In this document: positions 45,633 through 54,941 of the stretch, one piece after another | How the letters are laid out: each line of letters begins with the position of its first letter | Position numbering within the stretch: position 1 is the stretch's first letter | DNA from: Escherichia phage BEU50 | DNA: 64,000 bases | Sequence record: OM632671.1 | Direction: 5' to 3' (one strand) | Translations under genes and position numbers: made by a program | Notes under the pieces: generated by a model | Told to the model about the DNA's origin: nothing | What the model saw: the letters and a program-made list of their open reading frames with translations, nothing else | The model's database searches: none

Positions 45633-46531
45633 TGGCTATTTTCCGCGTACCTATTTTGAGTATGCGGTCTTATGAAACTGGACAGTATGCCATCCTTAAG
45701 GATGGCAACTTCCAACTTCATTTGCACCGTGCTAATCCAGGTGATGTGATTACATATCCACGTAATGCATCCGATATTAAAGAATGTGAACGTCTTTTCC
45801 CAGAATTTAAGTTTGTTCCATTATGGTATAAAGATAACGCGTATAACACTCGTAAATATTTCTGGTCTGAAAATGAATTTGTGGTTGATTCATTAATCGC
45901 TTATTATGATTGTGATTTTCTAATCACAGATATCACTGGATACGACGGCGCTTTTGATGTAGAATTCAATTTCAATATCACTGCAGACCCTAATAAACCA
46001 CGTTTTTATATTGACGAATTCTTAAAAACCGACATGTTGTCGGTTAATCGTTCAATCCAAACAACTGTGTTGAATAAACGTCAAAAGGAAGTGCTGGTTA
46101 ACGCAGGTGCAGATGGTAATAAGATTATCATAACCCAGAAAGTTATACGTCCTTCCATCATGCAGCGTCTTGTAGGTGATTTAGCTCCTATTCATCTAGA
46201 TGGTATTTTTCATCCATTTCGAATTAGTGACCCGTGCTATCGGTTTGAACAAGTGGTTGAATGTGCAATTCAATTAGGCCAACCGCTTTATATAACCGAT
46301 CCAAATAATAGCTTCGACAGAAATAAGTATCCTGAAGAAGCGCTGATTCGAATTTTTAAACCAACTAAAACTGAGTACTATCAAATTCTTAAAGGACGTC
46401 CGAAGATTCAATATTTCGAAAATCCTGAAGAAGTATTCCATCCAGGTCTTGGTGAGTTCATCTACTTTAATGCTTTAATTTCTTCACCGTATAATATACC
46501 TAAATACGAAGATGTCGTAATCGAGGAATAA
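45632..46531 (+). CDS. hypothetical protein in the beta-glucosyltransferase position (299 aa); candidate DNA sugar transferase
   Basis: No recognisable motif; placement between gene 42 and uvsX only. Confidence 0.45.
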   Translation: MAIFRVPILSMRSYETGQYAILKDGNFQLHLHRANPGDVITYPRNASDIKECERLFPEFKFVPLWYKDNAYNTRKYFWSENEFVVDSLIAYYDCDFLITDITGYDGAFDVEFNFNITADPNKPRFYIDEFLKTDMLSVNRSIQTTVLNKRQKEVLVNAGADGNKIIITQKVIRPSIMQRLVGDLAPIHLDGIFHPFRISDPCYRFEQVVECAIQLGQPLYITDPNNSFDRNKYPEEALIRIFKPTKTEYYQILKGRPKIQYFENPEEVFHPGLGEFIYFNALISSPYNIPKYEDVVIEE

Positions 46532-46532
46532 A

Positions 46533-47081
46533 ATGGCTAAAATTATTTTAGTAGATGGCCCGGATAATGCTGGTAAAACAACTTTCATTAATGACATAAT
46601 GGAAATTAGTGAAAGATATGTAAAGATTGATTTCCCTAAACGAACAGTTGATGGACGTTTCGATGTTAAGTCTCGAAATGAAGTTGGCTGTTTCGAAACG
46701 ATGTTGAATTATTTAGACCCTACTAAGATTTATCTGTTAGACCGTGGATATATTAGTAACTGGGTTTACGGACGTATTCGACAAGATGCGGACTCTGTTC
46801 TTGACGTTTATGAACAGGATTATGTTCGTCTTTGCCAAAACCATGATGTGTTCACAATTATTTTAACACGTAACGAAATGACTGAAAGTTTTGAAGACGA
46901 CCTTATTACTTTGTCTTCATTCGGTTTTAATACAGTCATTTCACATTTTGAAGAGTTTGCAATTCATAACAAAATCCAAACGTATCAATTACTTAATCAT
47001 GATGGTGCTAACAAAGTTATAGGATTTAATGCAAGCGAACGTAATGTTTTGATTACAGAAATCATCAAATGGGCTCGTTAA
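46533..47081 (+). CDS. P-loop nucleotide kinase (thymidylate-kinase-like)
   Basis: Walker A VDGPDNAGKTT and DRGY (DRY-like) motif. Confidence 0.6.
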   Translation: MAKIILVDGPDNAGKTTFINDIMEISERYVKIDFPKRTVDGRFDVKSRNEVGCFETMLNYLDPTKIYLLDRGYISNWVYGRIRQDADSVLDVYEQDYVRLCQNHDVFTIILTRNEMTESFEDDLITLSSFGFNTVISHFEEFAIHNKIQTYQLLNHDGANKVIGFNASERNVLITEIIKWAR

Positions 47082-47101
47082 GAGCCATTTAAAGTTTTAA
47101 A

Positions 47102-47126
47102 TGCTGTATAACCCTTAGTATATAAT
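47102..47126 (+). promoter_or_regulatory. middle-promoter-like element upstream of uvsX
   Basis: TGCTGTA box, 12 nt, TATAAT 47121-47126. Confidence 0.35.
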
Positions 47127-47179
47127 CATCTTATCTTTTAAACATGAGTAAAATATAATGATGCCTATGGAAAAATACA

Positions 47180-48352
47180 ATGTCTGATTTAAAATCTCGT
47201 CTGATTAAAGCTTCTACTTCTAAAATGACTGCAGACTTGACTAAGTCTAAGCTGTTTAATAATCGTGATGAAGTCCCTACTCGTATTCCGATGTTGAATA
47301 TTGCATTAGGTGGTGCACTGAATGCAGGGTTGCAATCAGGCTTAACTATTTTTGCTGCTCCTTCTAAACACTTTAAAACGTTGTTTGGGCTGACTATGGT
47401 TGCAGCGTATATGAAGAAATATAAAGATGCAATCTGTTTGTTTTATGACTCAGAATTCGGTGCTTCAGAATCTTATTTTCGTTCAATGGGTGTTGATTTA
47501 GACCGTGTAGTTCATACTCCGATTCAATCTGTCGAACAACTTAAAGTCGATATGACTAATCAGCTTGACGCTATTGAACGCGGTGATAAAGTTATTATCT
47601 TTATTGACTCGATTGGTAATACTGCATCTAAGAAAGAAACCGAAGATGCATTGAACGAGAAAGTTGTAGGTGATATGTCTCGTGCTAAGGCACTTAAATC
47701 TCTGTTCCGCATTGTGACTCCTTATCTGACTATTAAAGATATTCCATGTGTTGCAATTAACCATACAGCAATGGAAATCGGCGGATTGTATCCTAAAGAG
47801 ATTATGGGCGGTGGTACAGGTATTCTTTATTCTGCCAACACGGTATTTTTTATCTCTAAACGTCAGGTTAAAGAAGGTACAGAATTGACCGGTTATGACT
47901 TCACGTTGAAAGCAGAAAAATCTCGCACAGTTAAAGAGAAATCTACTTTCCCGATCACGGTTAATTTTGATGGCGGTATTGACCCATTCAGTGGCTTGTT
48001 AGAAATGGCAACTGAAATTGGTTTTGTAGTTAAGCCTAAAGCCGGTTGGTATGCTCGCGAATTCCTTGACGAAGAAACAGGTGAAATGATTCGTGAAGAA
48101 AAATCATGGCGTGCTAAAGCTACTGATTGTGTAGAATTCTGGGGACCTTTGTTTAAACACAAACCTTTCCGAGATGCAATTGAAACTAAATATAAACTAG
48201 GTGCTATCTCTTCTATTAAAGAAGTTGATGACGCTGTTAATGACCTTATTAATTGCAAAGCAACAACTAAAGTTCCGGTTAAAACTTCTGATGCTCCGTC
48301 TGCAGCAGATATAGAAAACGACCTTGACGAAATGGAAGATTTCGATGAATAA
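47180..48352 (+). CDS. uvsX: RecA-like recombinase UvsX
   Basis: 390 aa; RecA-fold Walker motifs; acidic C-terminus. Confidence 0.95.
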   Translation: MSDLKSRLIKASTSKMTADLTKSKLFNNRDEVPTRIPMLNIALGGALNAGLQSGLTIFAAPSKHFKTLFGLTMVAAYMKKYKDAICLFYDSEFGASESYFRSMGVDLDRVVHTPIQSVEQLKVDMTNQLDAIERGDKVIIFIDSIGNTASKKETEDALNEKVVGDMSRAKALKSLFRIVTPYLTIKDIPCVAINHTAMEIGGLYPKEIMGGGTGILYSANTVFFISKRQVKEGTELTGYDFTLKAEKSRTVKEKSTFPITVNFDGGIDPFSGLLEMATEIGFVVKPKAGWYAREFLDEETGEMIREEKSWRAKATDCVEFWGPLFKHKPFRDAIETKYKLGAISSIKEVDDAVNDLINCKATTKVPVKTSDAPSAADIENDLDEMEDFDE

Positions 48353-48686
48353 TCTCGATGATTTAAATCTAGAAATCGTTGATGAATCCCCTTCTTCGGA
48401 AGGGGAAGACATTCGCAAAGAACGAGTGTTTAATGAATCTCTTAAAATTATCCGTTCAGCAATGGAAAATGTCATTCAAGAGATTCTGATTACACTTGAA
48501 GACGGTTCCCATCATATAGTCTATATTACAAAACTAGACTGGGTTGATGGTAAAATCGTAATGGACTTTGCAGTTCTTGACCAGGACAGAAAAGCAGAAC
48601 TTGCACCACATGTTGAAAAATGTGTTACAATGCAAGTACAACAAGCTTTTAATGAACGAACCAAGAAAAAATTTAAATTCTTTTAA
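48345..48686 (+). CDS. 40: gp40 head vertex assembly chaperone (by position)
   Basis: Between uvsX and 41 as in T4; start overlaps the uvsX end. Confidence 0.55.
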   Translation: MNNLDDLNLEIVDESPSSEGEDIRKERVFNESLKIIRSAMENVIQEILITLEDGSHHIVYITKLDWVDGKIVMDFAVLDQDRKAELAPHVEKCVTMQVQQAFNERTKKKFKFF

Positions 48687-48695
48687 GGAGTTATC

Positions 48696-50138
48696 GTGGT
48701 AGAAATTATTTTGTCTCATCTAGTATACGACCAGGCTTATTTTTCTAAGGTCTGGCCTTATATGGATTCTGAGTATTTTGAGCGTGGACCGGCAAAAAAC
48801 GTCTTTAAAATTATAAAGAGCCACGTTAACGAATATAATGCAATGCCATCTATCAATGCATTAAAGGTGGCTTTAGATAACAGTTCTTTAACTGAAGCCG
48901 AATATAAAGGAACTTCAGACCTAATTGAAAAATTGGCTGATACTCCTGAAGACCACGAATGGTTGGTTAAAGAAACTGAGAAATATGTCCAGCAAAAAGC
49001 GATGTATAATGCTACATCCAAAATCATTGAGATTCAGTCTAATGCTGAACTACCTCCAGAACAACGTAACAAGAAAATGCCTGATGTAGGAGCTATTCCT
49101 GATATTATGCGTCAAGCACTTTCAATTTCGTTTGATAGTTATGTTGGACATGACTGGATGGAAGACTACGAAGCACGCTGGCTTTCTTATCTAAATAAAG
49201 CACGTAAGGTCCCGTTCAAATTAAACATTCTGAATAAAATCACTAAAGGTGGTGCTGAAACAGGTACACTAAACGTTTTAATGGCTGGTGTTAACGTTGG
49301 TAAATCTTTAGGCCTTTGTTCACTTGCTGCAGATTATCTTCAAACAGGTCATAATGTTCTTTATATTTCCATGGAAATGGCTGAAGAAGTTTGCGCTAAG
49401 CGTATAGATGCAAACATGCTTGACGTATCACTTGATGATATCGATGATGGTAACGTATCTTATGCTGAATATAAAGCCAAGATGGAAAAATGGCGTTCAA
49501 AATCCACATTAGGACGTTTAGTAGTTAAACAGTATCCTACTGGTGGAGCTAATGCTAATACATTTCGTGCATTGCTTAATGAGTTAAAACTTAAGAAGAA
49601 CTTTGTGCCATCTGTAATCATGGTTGATTACTTAGGTATTTGTGGGTCTTGTCGTATCAGAGTTTACACTGAAAATAGCTACACATTAGTTAAAGCTATC
49701 GCAGAAGAACTTCGTGCATTAGCAGTAGAATCTGAAACAGTTCTATGGACTGCAGCTCAAGTAGGACGTGCAGCATGGGATGCTTCGGATATGAACATGA
49801 GTGATATTGCAGAATCAGCAGGTTTACCAGCAACGGCAGATTTCATGTTGGCCGTAATTGAAACCGAAGAACTTGCACAAGCTGAACAACAACTTATCAA
49901 ACAAATCAAATCACGATATGGTGATAAGAATAAGTGGAATAAATTCCTGATGGGTGTACGTAAAGGCAACCAGAAATGGATTGAGATTGAGCAAGAAGGC
50001 ATGAACACACCTAACACAGTAAATGAAAACGCAGGTGCTCAGATGCGTCAGGCAGAGGTGAATCGTACGGAACGCGTAGGTAAAGCCAAAGCAACACGGG
50101 CTGACCTAGATAGCTTAGCCAATGAGTTAAAATTTTAA
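48696..50138 (+). CDS. 41: replicative DNA helicase gp41 (DnaB-like)
   Basis: GTG start after AAGGAG; MVEIILSHLVYDQAYFSKVW...GVNVGKSLGL Walker A. Confidence 0.95.
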   Translation: MVEIILSHLVYDQAYFSKVWPYMDSEYFERGPAKNVFKIIKSHVNEYNAMPSINALKVALDNSSLTEAEYKGTSDLIEKLADTPEDHEWLVKETEKYVQQKAMYNATSKIIEIQSNAELPPEQRNKKMPDVGAIPDIMRQALSISFDSYVGHDWMEDYEARWLSYLNKARKVPFKLNILNKITKGGAETGTLNVLMAGVNVGKSLGLCSLAADYLQTGHNVLYISMEMAEEVCAKRIDANMLDVSLDDIDDGNVSYAEYKAKMEKWRSKSTLGRLVVKQYPTGGANANTFRALLNELKLKKNFVPSVIMVDYLGICGSCRIRVYTENSYTLVKAIAEELRALAVESETVLWTAAQVGRAAWDASDMNMSDIAESAGLPATADFMLAVIETEELAQAEQQLIKQIKSRYGDKNKWNKFLMGVRKGNQKWIEIEQEGMNTPNTVNENAGAQMRQAEVNRTERVGKAKATRADLDSLANELKF

Positions 50139-50144
50139 TAAAAA

Positions 50145-50164
50145 GGAGACTTCGGTCTCCTTTC
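50145..50164 (+). terminator. rho-independent terminator (UUCG tetraloop)
   Basis: GGAGAC-ttcg-GTCTCC then TTTC. Confidence 0.55.
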
Positions 50165-50167
50165 GGG

Positions 50168-50197
50168 GTTTACATCTTCCTCTAGGCATGATATGAT
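50168..50197 (+). promoter_or_regulatory. early promoter
   Basis: GTTTAC 50168-50173, TATGAT 50192-50197. Confidence 0.45.
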
Positions 50198-50226
50198 GTA
50201 CTTACACCAACCAAGAGGAAAACATT

Positions 50227-50601
50227 ATGAATATGTCTCAAGCAATTTTTACTGCAATCACCGAAAACACAACTGTTGAAGTAGTTTCTCCACTGGCAAC
50301 CTACGTTATTCTTGCTCCTAAAACTATTGTATCTCGTATGGAAAACATGGGCAAACGTATCGTACAAATAGTTGGAGCCGGAAATCAAAAACTTGATTAT
50401 CTACGAACCATCAAAGCTTATGAACATTTCCAACTCGAAAAAGGTTCTCCTATCCAGGTAGAACTCGTAAATGGTGATATCGTTCGAGCAATGTTCCATC
50501 ATTTCTATGCATTGAATGACCCATCTAAAGCGGTTCGTTTAATTGCATACGATGCAAACCAAAACGAAATCAACGCAGATATATCTAAATTACGTTTTTA
50601 A
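50227..50601 (+). CDS. hypothetical protein (124 aa)
   Basis: ATG after AAGAGGAAAA. Confidence 0.5.
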   Translation: MNMSQAIFTAITENTTVEVVSPLATYVILAPKTIVSRMENMGKRIVQIVGAGNQKLDYLRTIKAYEHFQLEKGSPIQVELVNGDIVRAMFHHFYALNDPSKAVRLIAYDANQNEINADISKLRF

Positions 50602-50650
50602 GTTTACTTCTCCAGTAGTTGTGTTATTATAGATCTATCAACTACTGGAG
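50602..50650 (+). promoter_or_regulatory. early promoter inside 12-bp perfect inverted repeat
   Basis: GTTTAC 50602-50607; CTCCAGTAGTTG (50610-50621) / CAACTACTGGAG (50639-50650); TATTAT in the loop. Confidence 0.55.
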
Positions 50651-50656
50651 AACAAA

Positions 50657-50974
50657 ATGAAAACCATCGATTGTAAAGCAGAATTTAAGATTTTTTATCA
50701 CGGTTCAAGTAGTTCAGCTAACATCGAAAACATGCTTTGTCCTCCTGAGGAAACAGGAGTTCTGTCTGAAACTGGACGTAAGAAAAACTTGGATCGTGTA
50801 TTCTTTACTGAAGATATCGGTTTAGCAAAGATTTATGCAGGACGAGCAGCACGCTCTTATGGAGGTGAACCACGTCTCTACCGAGTAATTTCTCCGGTAG
50901 ATGTAGTTCAAATGAATGATACTAAAGGCGCTACAGTTTATCACGCTGAATGGGCATTTTGCGAGGAAATATGA
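50657..50974 (+). CDS. hypothetical protein (105 aa)
   Basis: ORF track. Confidence 0.5.
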   Translation: MKTIDCKAEFKIFYHGSSSSANIENMLCPPEETGVLSETGRKKNLDRVFFTEDIGLAKIYAGRAARSYGGEPRLYRVISPVDVVQMNDTKGATVYHAEWAFCEEI

Positions 50975-51159
50975 GCAAATTAACTAAAGTTACTTTTATC
51001 GGTTGGTTTAAAAGCGGTGAGATGTTCACTAAAGATATGATGTTATCAGGTGATCGCGAAGAAATCGAGTGGGTTACGGTACAACTTGCTGAAGTGAACA
51101 AAGCATTAGTTAAAGCATTTGTTAATGACGAGAAAGTTTTCGAAGCAGATTTTCGATAA
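50971..51159 (+). CDS. dmd: Dmd-like antitoxin (inhibitor of host RnlA/LsoA RNase toxins)
   Basis: VTFIGWFKSGEMFTKDMM...AEVNKALVKAFVNDEKV resembles T4 Dmd; ATGA overlap. Confidence 0.75.
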   Translation: MSKLTKVTFIGWFKSGEMFTKDMMLSGDREEIEWVTVQLAEVNKALVKAFVNDEKVFEADFR

Positions 51160-51172
51160 TTTTAAAATAACT

Positions 51173-51202
51173 GTTTACAAGCCCCACATACTGTGTTACT
51201 AT
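51173..51202 (+). promoter_or_regulatory. early promoter
   Basis: GTTTAC 51173-51178, TACTAT 51197-51202. Confidence 0.45.
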
Positions 51203-51230
51203 CTTTCTATCAACTACAGAGGAAATTGAA

Positions 51231-51599
51231 ATGAAAAAATTAATCGCTTTAGCAATGGTATTCGGATTAACCGGATGTGGTGCCCATGGCTTTATCCCTA
51301 ATAACGTTGGCCAACTGATTTACAATCCGAATGTTAAACAGTACGACCAACCTAAAGTTGAAGTGGAAGACCCGGTTACTGTAGGTAATCGAATGATTCA
51401 AGCTGATGCCCATGCTCAACGTTATCGTGACTCTGATACTGTAGCATTGTCAAAAGAACAACGCGTTAAAGAACATTGCTTACAGGCTACTGAAATCGCA
51501 TTCATTCGCTATGTTGAAACAACTGGTAAAGAGCCTACCCAGAAACAAATAGCGAATAACTACGTCCAGTGTATTGAACGTTTAAACAAATTTAATTAA
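51231..51599 (+). CDS. predicted lipoprotein (122 aa)
   Basis: Signal peptide ending LTGC lipobox. Confidence 0.5.
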   Translation: MKKLIALAMVFGLTGCGAHGFIPNNVGQLIYNPNVKQYDQPKVEVEDPVTVGNRMIQADAHAQRYRDSDTVALSKEQRVKEHCLQATEIAFIRYVETTGKEPTQKQIANNYVQCIERLNKFN

Positions 51600-51660
51600 T
51601 TGGTTTACACCAAAGTTAAAACAAGATACTATAAACATAACAAATCAAGAGGAAATTAAC

Positions 51661-51909
51661 ATGGAATTATTCGTAGCTAGTTCAGTAGCAGTTTTAATCG
51701 CAGGTATTGGTTCAATCATCATTTACATGTTGCCTTGGGTAATCGCACTTATTCGTGGCACAAAAGGCACAACAGCAATCTTCTTTGTATCTTTACTCTT
51801 TAACTGGACGATGGTTGGTTGGATTGGAACTTTAATTTGGTCTATCGTTGCCGAAAAGAAATCTGCTCAGCAGCCTCAACAAGTAATTATTATTCGCGAA
51901 AAAGAATAA
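51661..51909 (+). CDS. small membrane protein, superinfection-immunity (Imm)-like
   Basis: Two TM helices with a GW-containing loop. Confidence 0.45.
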   Translation: MELFVASSVAVLIAGIGSIIIYMLPWVIALIRGTKGTTAIFFVSLLFNWTMVGWIGTLIWSIVAEKKSAQQPQQVIIIREKE

Positions 51910-51913
51910 ACTT

Positions 51914-51948
51914 GTTTACATTATAGATGGACTATAGTATAGTAGTCC
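51914..51948 (+). promoter_or_regulatory. early promoter with inverted repeat
   Basis: GTTTAC 51914-51919; GGACTA / TAGTCC arms. Confidence 0.45.
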
Positions 51949-51972
51949 TATCAAATCAACTAAGGAGTTAAA

Positions 51973-52266
51973 ATGAAAAAGTTATCATTGGCAGCAATCT
52001 TACTTGCAGTATCATGTGCACCGGCTCCAGTTACGGCAGGTTATGATAAAGACCTCTGTGAGTGGTCAATGACTGCAAATCAAGAAGATGTTGAACAACA
52101 AATCTTCTCTGATATCATGAACATCACTAAACGAGACCGTCCTAATATGGTTAATAAAGTTGTTGAACAACTTAAGTCTGGCGGTATCATGCAGTACAAC
52201 TATGTTTTGTATTGTGACCCTAATTTCGATAACAAAGATATCGTAACCGAAATCACAGGTGAATAA
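51973..52266 (+). CDS. sp: Spackle-like periplasmic superinfection-exclusion protein
   Basis: 97 aa with signal peptide; AGYDKDLCEWSMTA...GGIMQYNYVLYCD matches T4 Sp as I recall it. Confidence 0.7.
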   Translation: MKKLSLAAILLAVSCAPAPVTAGYDKDLCEWSMTANQEDVEQQIFSDIMNITKRDRPNMVNKVVEQLKSGGIMQYNYVLYCDPNFDNKDIVTEITGE

Positions 52267-52267
52267 T

Positions 52268-52918
52268 ATGATTTATTATATGCACAAAAATGCGCCATTT
52301 AAATATGGTAAATTTCCTAATGCACAATGTTATAATATAACGCCGAATGAAAATAATAACGGATACCATCTCGGTGTAATTTTTGTAATTGTTAAAGATA
52401 ACGAAATCGTTGCCTGGGCAGATTTTAAAGGTACAACATATGACGTTAATCCTGTGCCTTTCACATATTACAATATAATGGATTTGGCATATGATTATAA
52501 TTGGTTTAATCATGACACGTTGGCTCATATTGAAGGTGTAGGATTTGACATCTCTTATTCTAGTTATTCATTATGTCCTATGAGCCGAGCTCACGGTAAA
52601 GATGCATCATATCTTTCAATTCGGAAACGTGTAAACTTCAAACGTAGTACAGAGTATGTTGGTGGACTCTTTGTTAAAGATAATAAAATAACCCGTATTA
52701 GTTATCCTCTAAGTGTAGGCCAAAAAGATGTTGATGTTGATTTGGACTTAACTGAAAATAACATTAATCGTATTGCTTCTGTATATTTTGATATCGATGA
52801 AAAAATTGTAGTGTGTGGATATGAATTACCACCTGAAGAAAAGGCTGAAGCAATTGAAGTCGAATTAGAAATTTCTGTTGATGACCAAATATTTAATGCA
52901 TTTATGAATCGAGGTTAA
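52268..52918 (+). CDS. hypothetical protein (216 aa)
   Basis: ATG after AGGTGA; ORF-track start is GTG. Confidence 0.5.
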   Translation: MIYYMHKNAPFKYGKFPNAQCYNITPNENNNGYHLGVIFVIVKDNEIVAWADFKGTTYDVNPVPFTYYNIMDLAYDYNWFNHDTLAHIEGVGFDISYSSYSLCPMSRAHGKDASYLSIRKRVNFKRSTEYVGGLFVKDNKITRISYPLSVGQKDVDVDLDLTENNINRIASVYFDIDEKIVVCGYELPPEEKAEAIEVELEISVDDQIFNAFMNRG

Positions 52919-52919
52919 A

Positions 52920-53117
52920 ATGACTACTGCAATTTGCACTGGTTCTAAAATTAGTGTTTTTACAAGTTTTGAAGATTATGAAGTTGTTTCAAAACACCAA
53001 TGCCATATTAGCGTAAAAGCTAATGACGGTGTAATTTGGAATATTCCACAGTATGAAGGCACTACATATGAAGTCACAGATATAAATGGTGACAAAGCGA
53101 TCTTTGTAATTGATTAA
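52920..53117 (+). CDS. hypothetical protein (65 aa)
   Basis: ORF track. Confidence 0.4.
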   Translation: MTTAICTGSKISVFTSFEDYEVVSKHQCHISVKANDGVIWNIPQYEGTTYEVTDINGDKAIFVID

Positions 53118-53136
53118 ATATACTCAGGAGGTACCT

Positions 53137-53604
53137 ATGGGTATTATTAACACTGCAATAGATTCTGTTTATGCATATAAGTTTATTCGACTAATGCAAA
53201 AACCTTTTACCGAATGGAAAGCATACGAAGCCAAAATCATCGATGAACGTGGAAGTGTTCTTAAACGTCCTTCTACTCCCGAAGAAAAAGCGGCGTATAC
53301 ACCTTTTCATGCTTCAGTTCGTTCAATGAAGCGAATGATGAGCACTGTTCCGGGTCTTAATGGAATGGCCTCAATGATGTCTGCCTGGAGTGCTGTAGCT
53401 TCACGCTATAACATTACGGAAGAACAACAGAAAGAAATATTTAAAGAACTCCCTTTATTTGAGGATATGGTTGCTGGTGATTCAGGCGGCAGTCCTCAAG
53501 CTATTGCATCAGGAACAACTACAGGTGCAGTCGTAAATAAAGGTCCAGACCAAATTCCTTCCAAGAAAAGAAAGCGAATTAAAGTAAATATTAATAAGTT
53601 GTGA
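53137..53604 (+). CDS. hypothetical protein (155 aa)
   Basis: ATG after CAGGAGG. Confidence 0.5.
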   Translation: MGIINTAIDSVYAYKFIRLMQKPFTEWKAYEAKIIDERGSVLKRPSTPEEKAAYTPFHASVRSMKRMMSTVPGLNGMASMMSAWSAVASRYNITEEQQKEIFKELPLFEDMVAGDSGGSPQAIASGTTTGAVVNKGPDQIPSKKRKRIKVNINKL

Positions 53605-53610
53605 TATGAT

Positions 53611-53632
53611 GGCCTTAAATTAATTTAAGGCC
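53611..53632 (+). promoter_or_regulatory. perfect 22-bp palindrome upstream of gene 61
   Basis: GGCCTTAAATTAATTTAAGGCC. Confidence 0.4.
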
Positions 53633-53645
53633 TCTGGAGAATACT

Positions 53646-54668
53646 ATGGCTGAATGGATAGATAATGAATTTGCTTATCGTGCGTTTTCTCACCTCCCTC
53701 GTTTTAGACAAATCAATAATTCAAGCACATTTAAATTAACGTTTCGTTGTCCAGTTTGTGGCGACTCTCAGACAGATGCAATGAAAGCTCGCGGTTGGTA
53801 TTATGGCGGTACTCCTGGTAATGTACATTGCTATAACTGTCAATACCACAATACAATTTCCGGATACTTAAAAGAGTATGATGAAGAGCTTTATCGCGAA
53901 TATCTAATGGAAGTTCGTAAAGAAAAAGCTAGAATGGAACCAAAGATTGAAAAGGTTCCTGAAGCTAAGCCAGAGCCAGAGAAAAAGACTATAAATTCTT
54001 TGCCGTCTTGTTCTCGTCTGGACAAGTTGCCTGAAGAGCATCCTATTGTGAAATATGTTAAGTCTCGGTGTATTCCTAAAGAATCATGGAACAGATTATG
54101 GTTCACATTAGAATGGCCCAAATTGGTCAACAAGATTCAACCTGGTACGTATAAGAAAGAGATTCCAGAACCACGTTTAGTGATTCCTATTTTTAATAAA
54201 GATGGGAAGGCCGAGTCATTCCAAGGACGTGCACTTCGTAAAGATGCTCCTCAGAAATATATCACTATTAAAGCGTTTGAGTCTGCAACAAAAATTTATG
54301 GTGTTGAACGTGTTAAGGAAGGAGACGTCTGGGTAATGGAAGGCCCTATTGATAGTTTATTCATACCCAATGCAATCGCTATTACAGGCGGCTCAATAGA
54401 TTTAGATGTGGTACCATTTAAAGAACGTCGGGTATGGGTAATGGATAATGAACCTAGGCATCCGGATACTATAGCTCGCATGAAGCGATTAGTTGATGCA
54501 GGCGAACGTGTCATGTTCTGGGATCGAGCTCCATGGAGATCAAAGGATGTGAATGATATGGTAATGAAAGAAAATGCAACACCACAAGAAATTTTAGAAT
54601 ATATGAAACAGAATATTTCAAGTGGGTTGCATGCTAAAATGAGATTATCTCGTTATTCGAAGATTTAA
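53646..54668 (+). CDS. 61: DNA primase gp61
   Basis: Zn-ribbon FRCPVCGD...HCYNCQYH; strong match to T4 gp61 throughout. Confidence 0.95.
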   Translation: MAEWIDNEFAYRAFSHLPRFRQINNSSTFKLTFRCPVCGDSQTDAMKARGWYYGGTPGNVHCYNCQYHNTISGYLKEYDEELYREYLMEVRKEKARMEPKIEKVPEAKPEPEKKTINSLPSCSRLDKLPEEHPIVKYVKSRCIPKESWNRLWFTLEWPKLVNKIQPGTYKKEIPEPRLVIPIFNKDGKAESFQGRALRKDAPQKYITIKAFESATKIYGVERVKEGDVWVMEGPIDSLFIPNAIAITGGSIDLDVVPFKERRVWVMDNEPRHPDTIARMKRLVDAGERVMFWDRAPWRSKDVNDMVMKENATPQEILEYMKQNISSGLHAKMRLSRYSKI

Positions 54669-54853
54669 ACAAGCCCTATAATAGCAAAGGCCAAATCAAC
54701 TACAGTATCCAATGGAACAGAAGGAACTATAATACCATGGGCAACTAACAATGGTGCAATCCCGAAGTTCCATGAAATAATGCCACCTACAACTATTGCA
54801 GTTTTCTTTTTATTGCCTTTAATAGCGTTGATTAACGATGGAAGTTTAAACAT
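54665..54853 (-). CDS. small membrane protein (62 aa, minus strand)
   Basis: Hydrophobic; ORF track only. Confidence 0.35.
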   Translation of the reverse strand: MFKLPSLINAIKGNKKKTAIVVGGIISWNFGIAPLLVAHGIIVPSVPLDTVVDLAFAIIGLV

Positions 54854-54941
54854 AATATCTCCTTAGTTACCTATTATTTATTACGCTTTATAAAATTAAT
54901 GTTAGAATTAACTCTCTTATACTGAATTGAAAGGAAAAATA

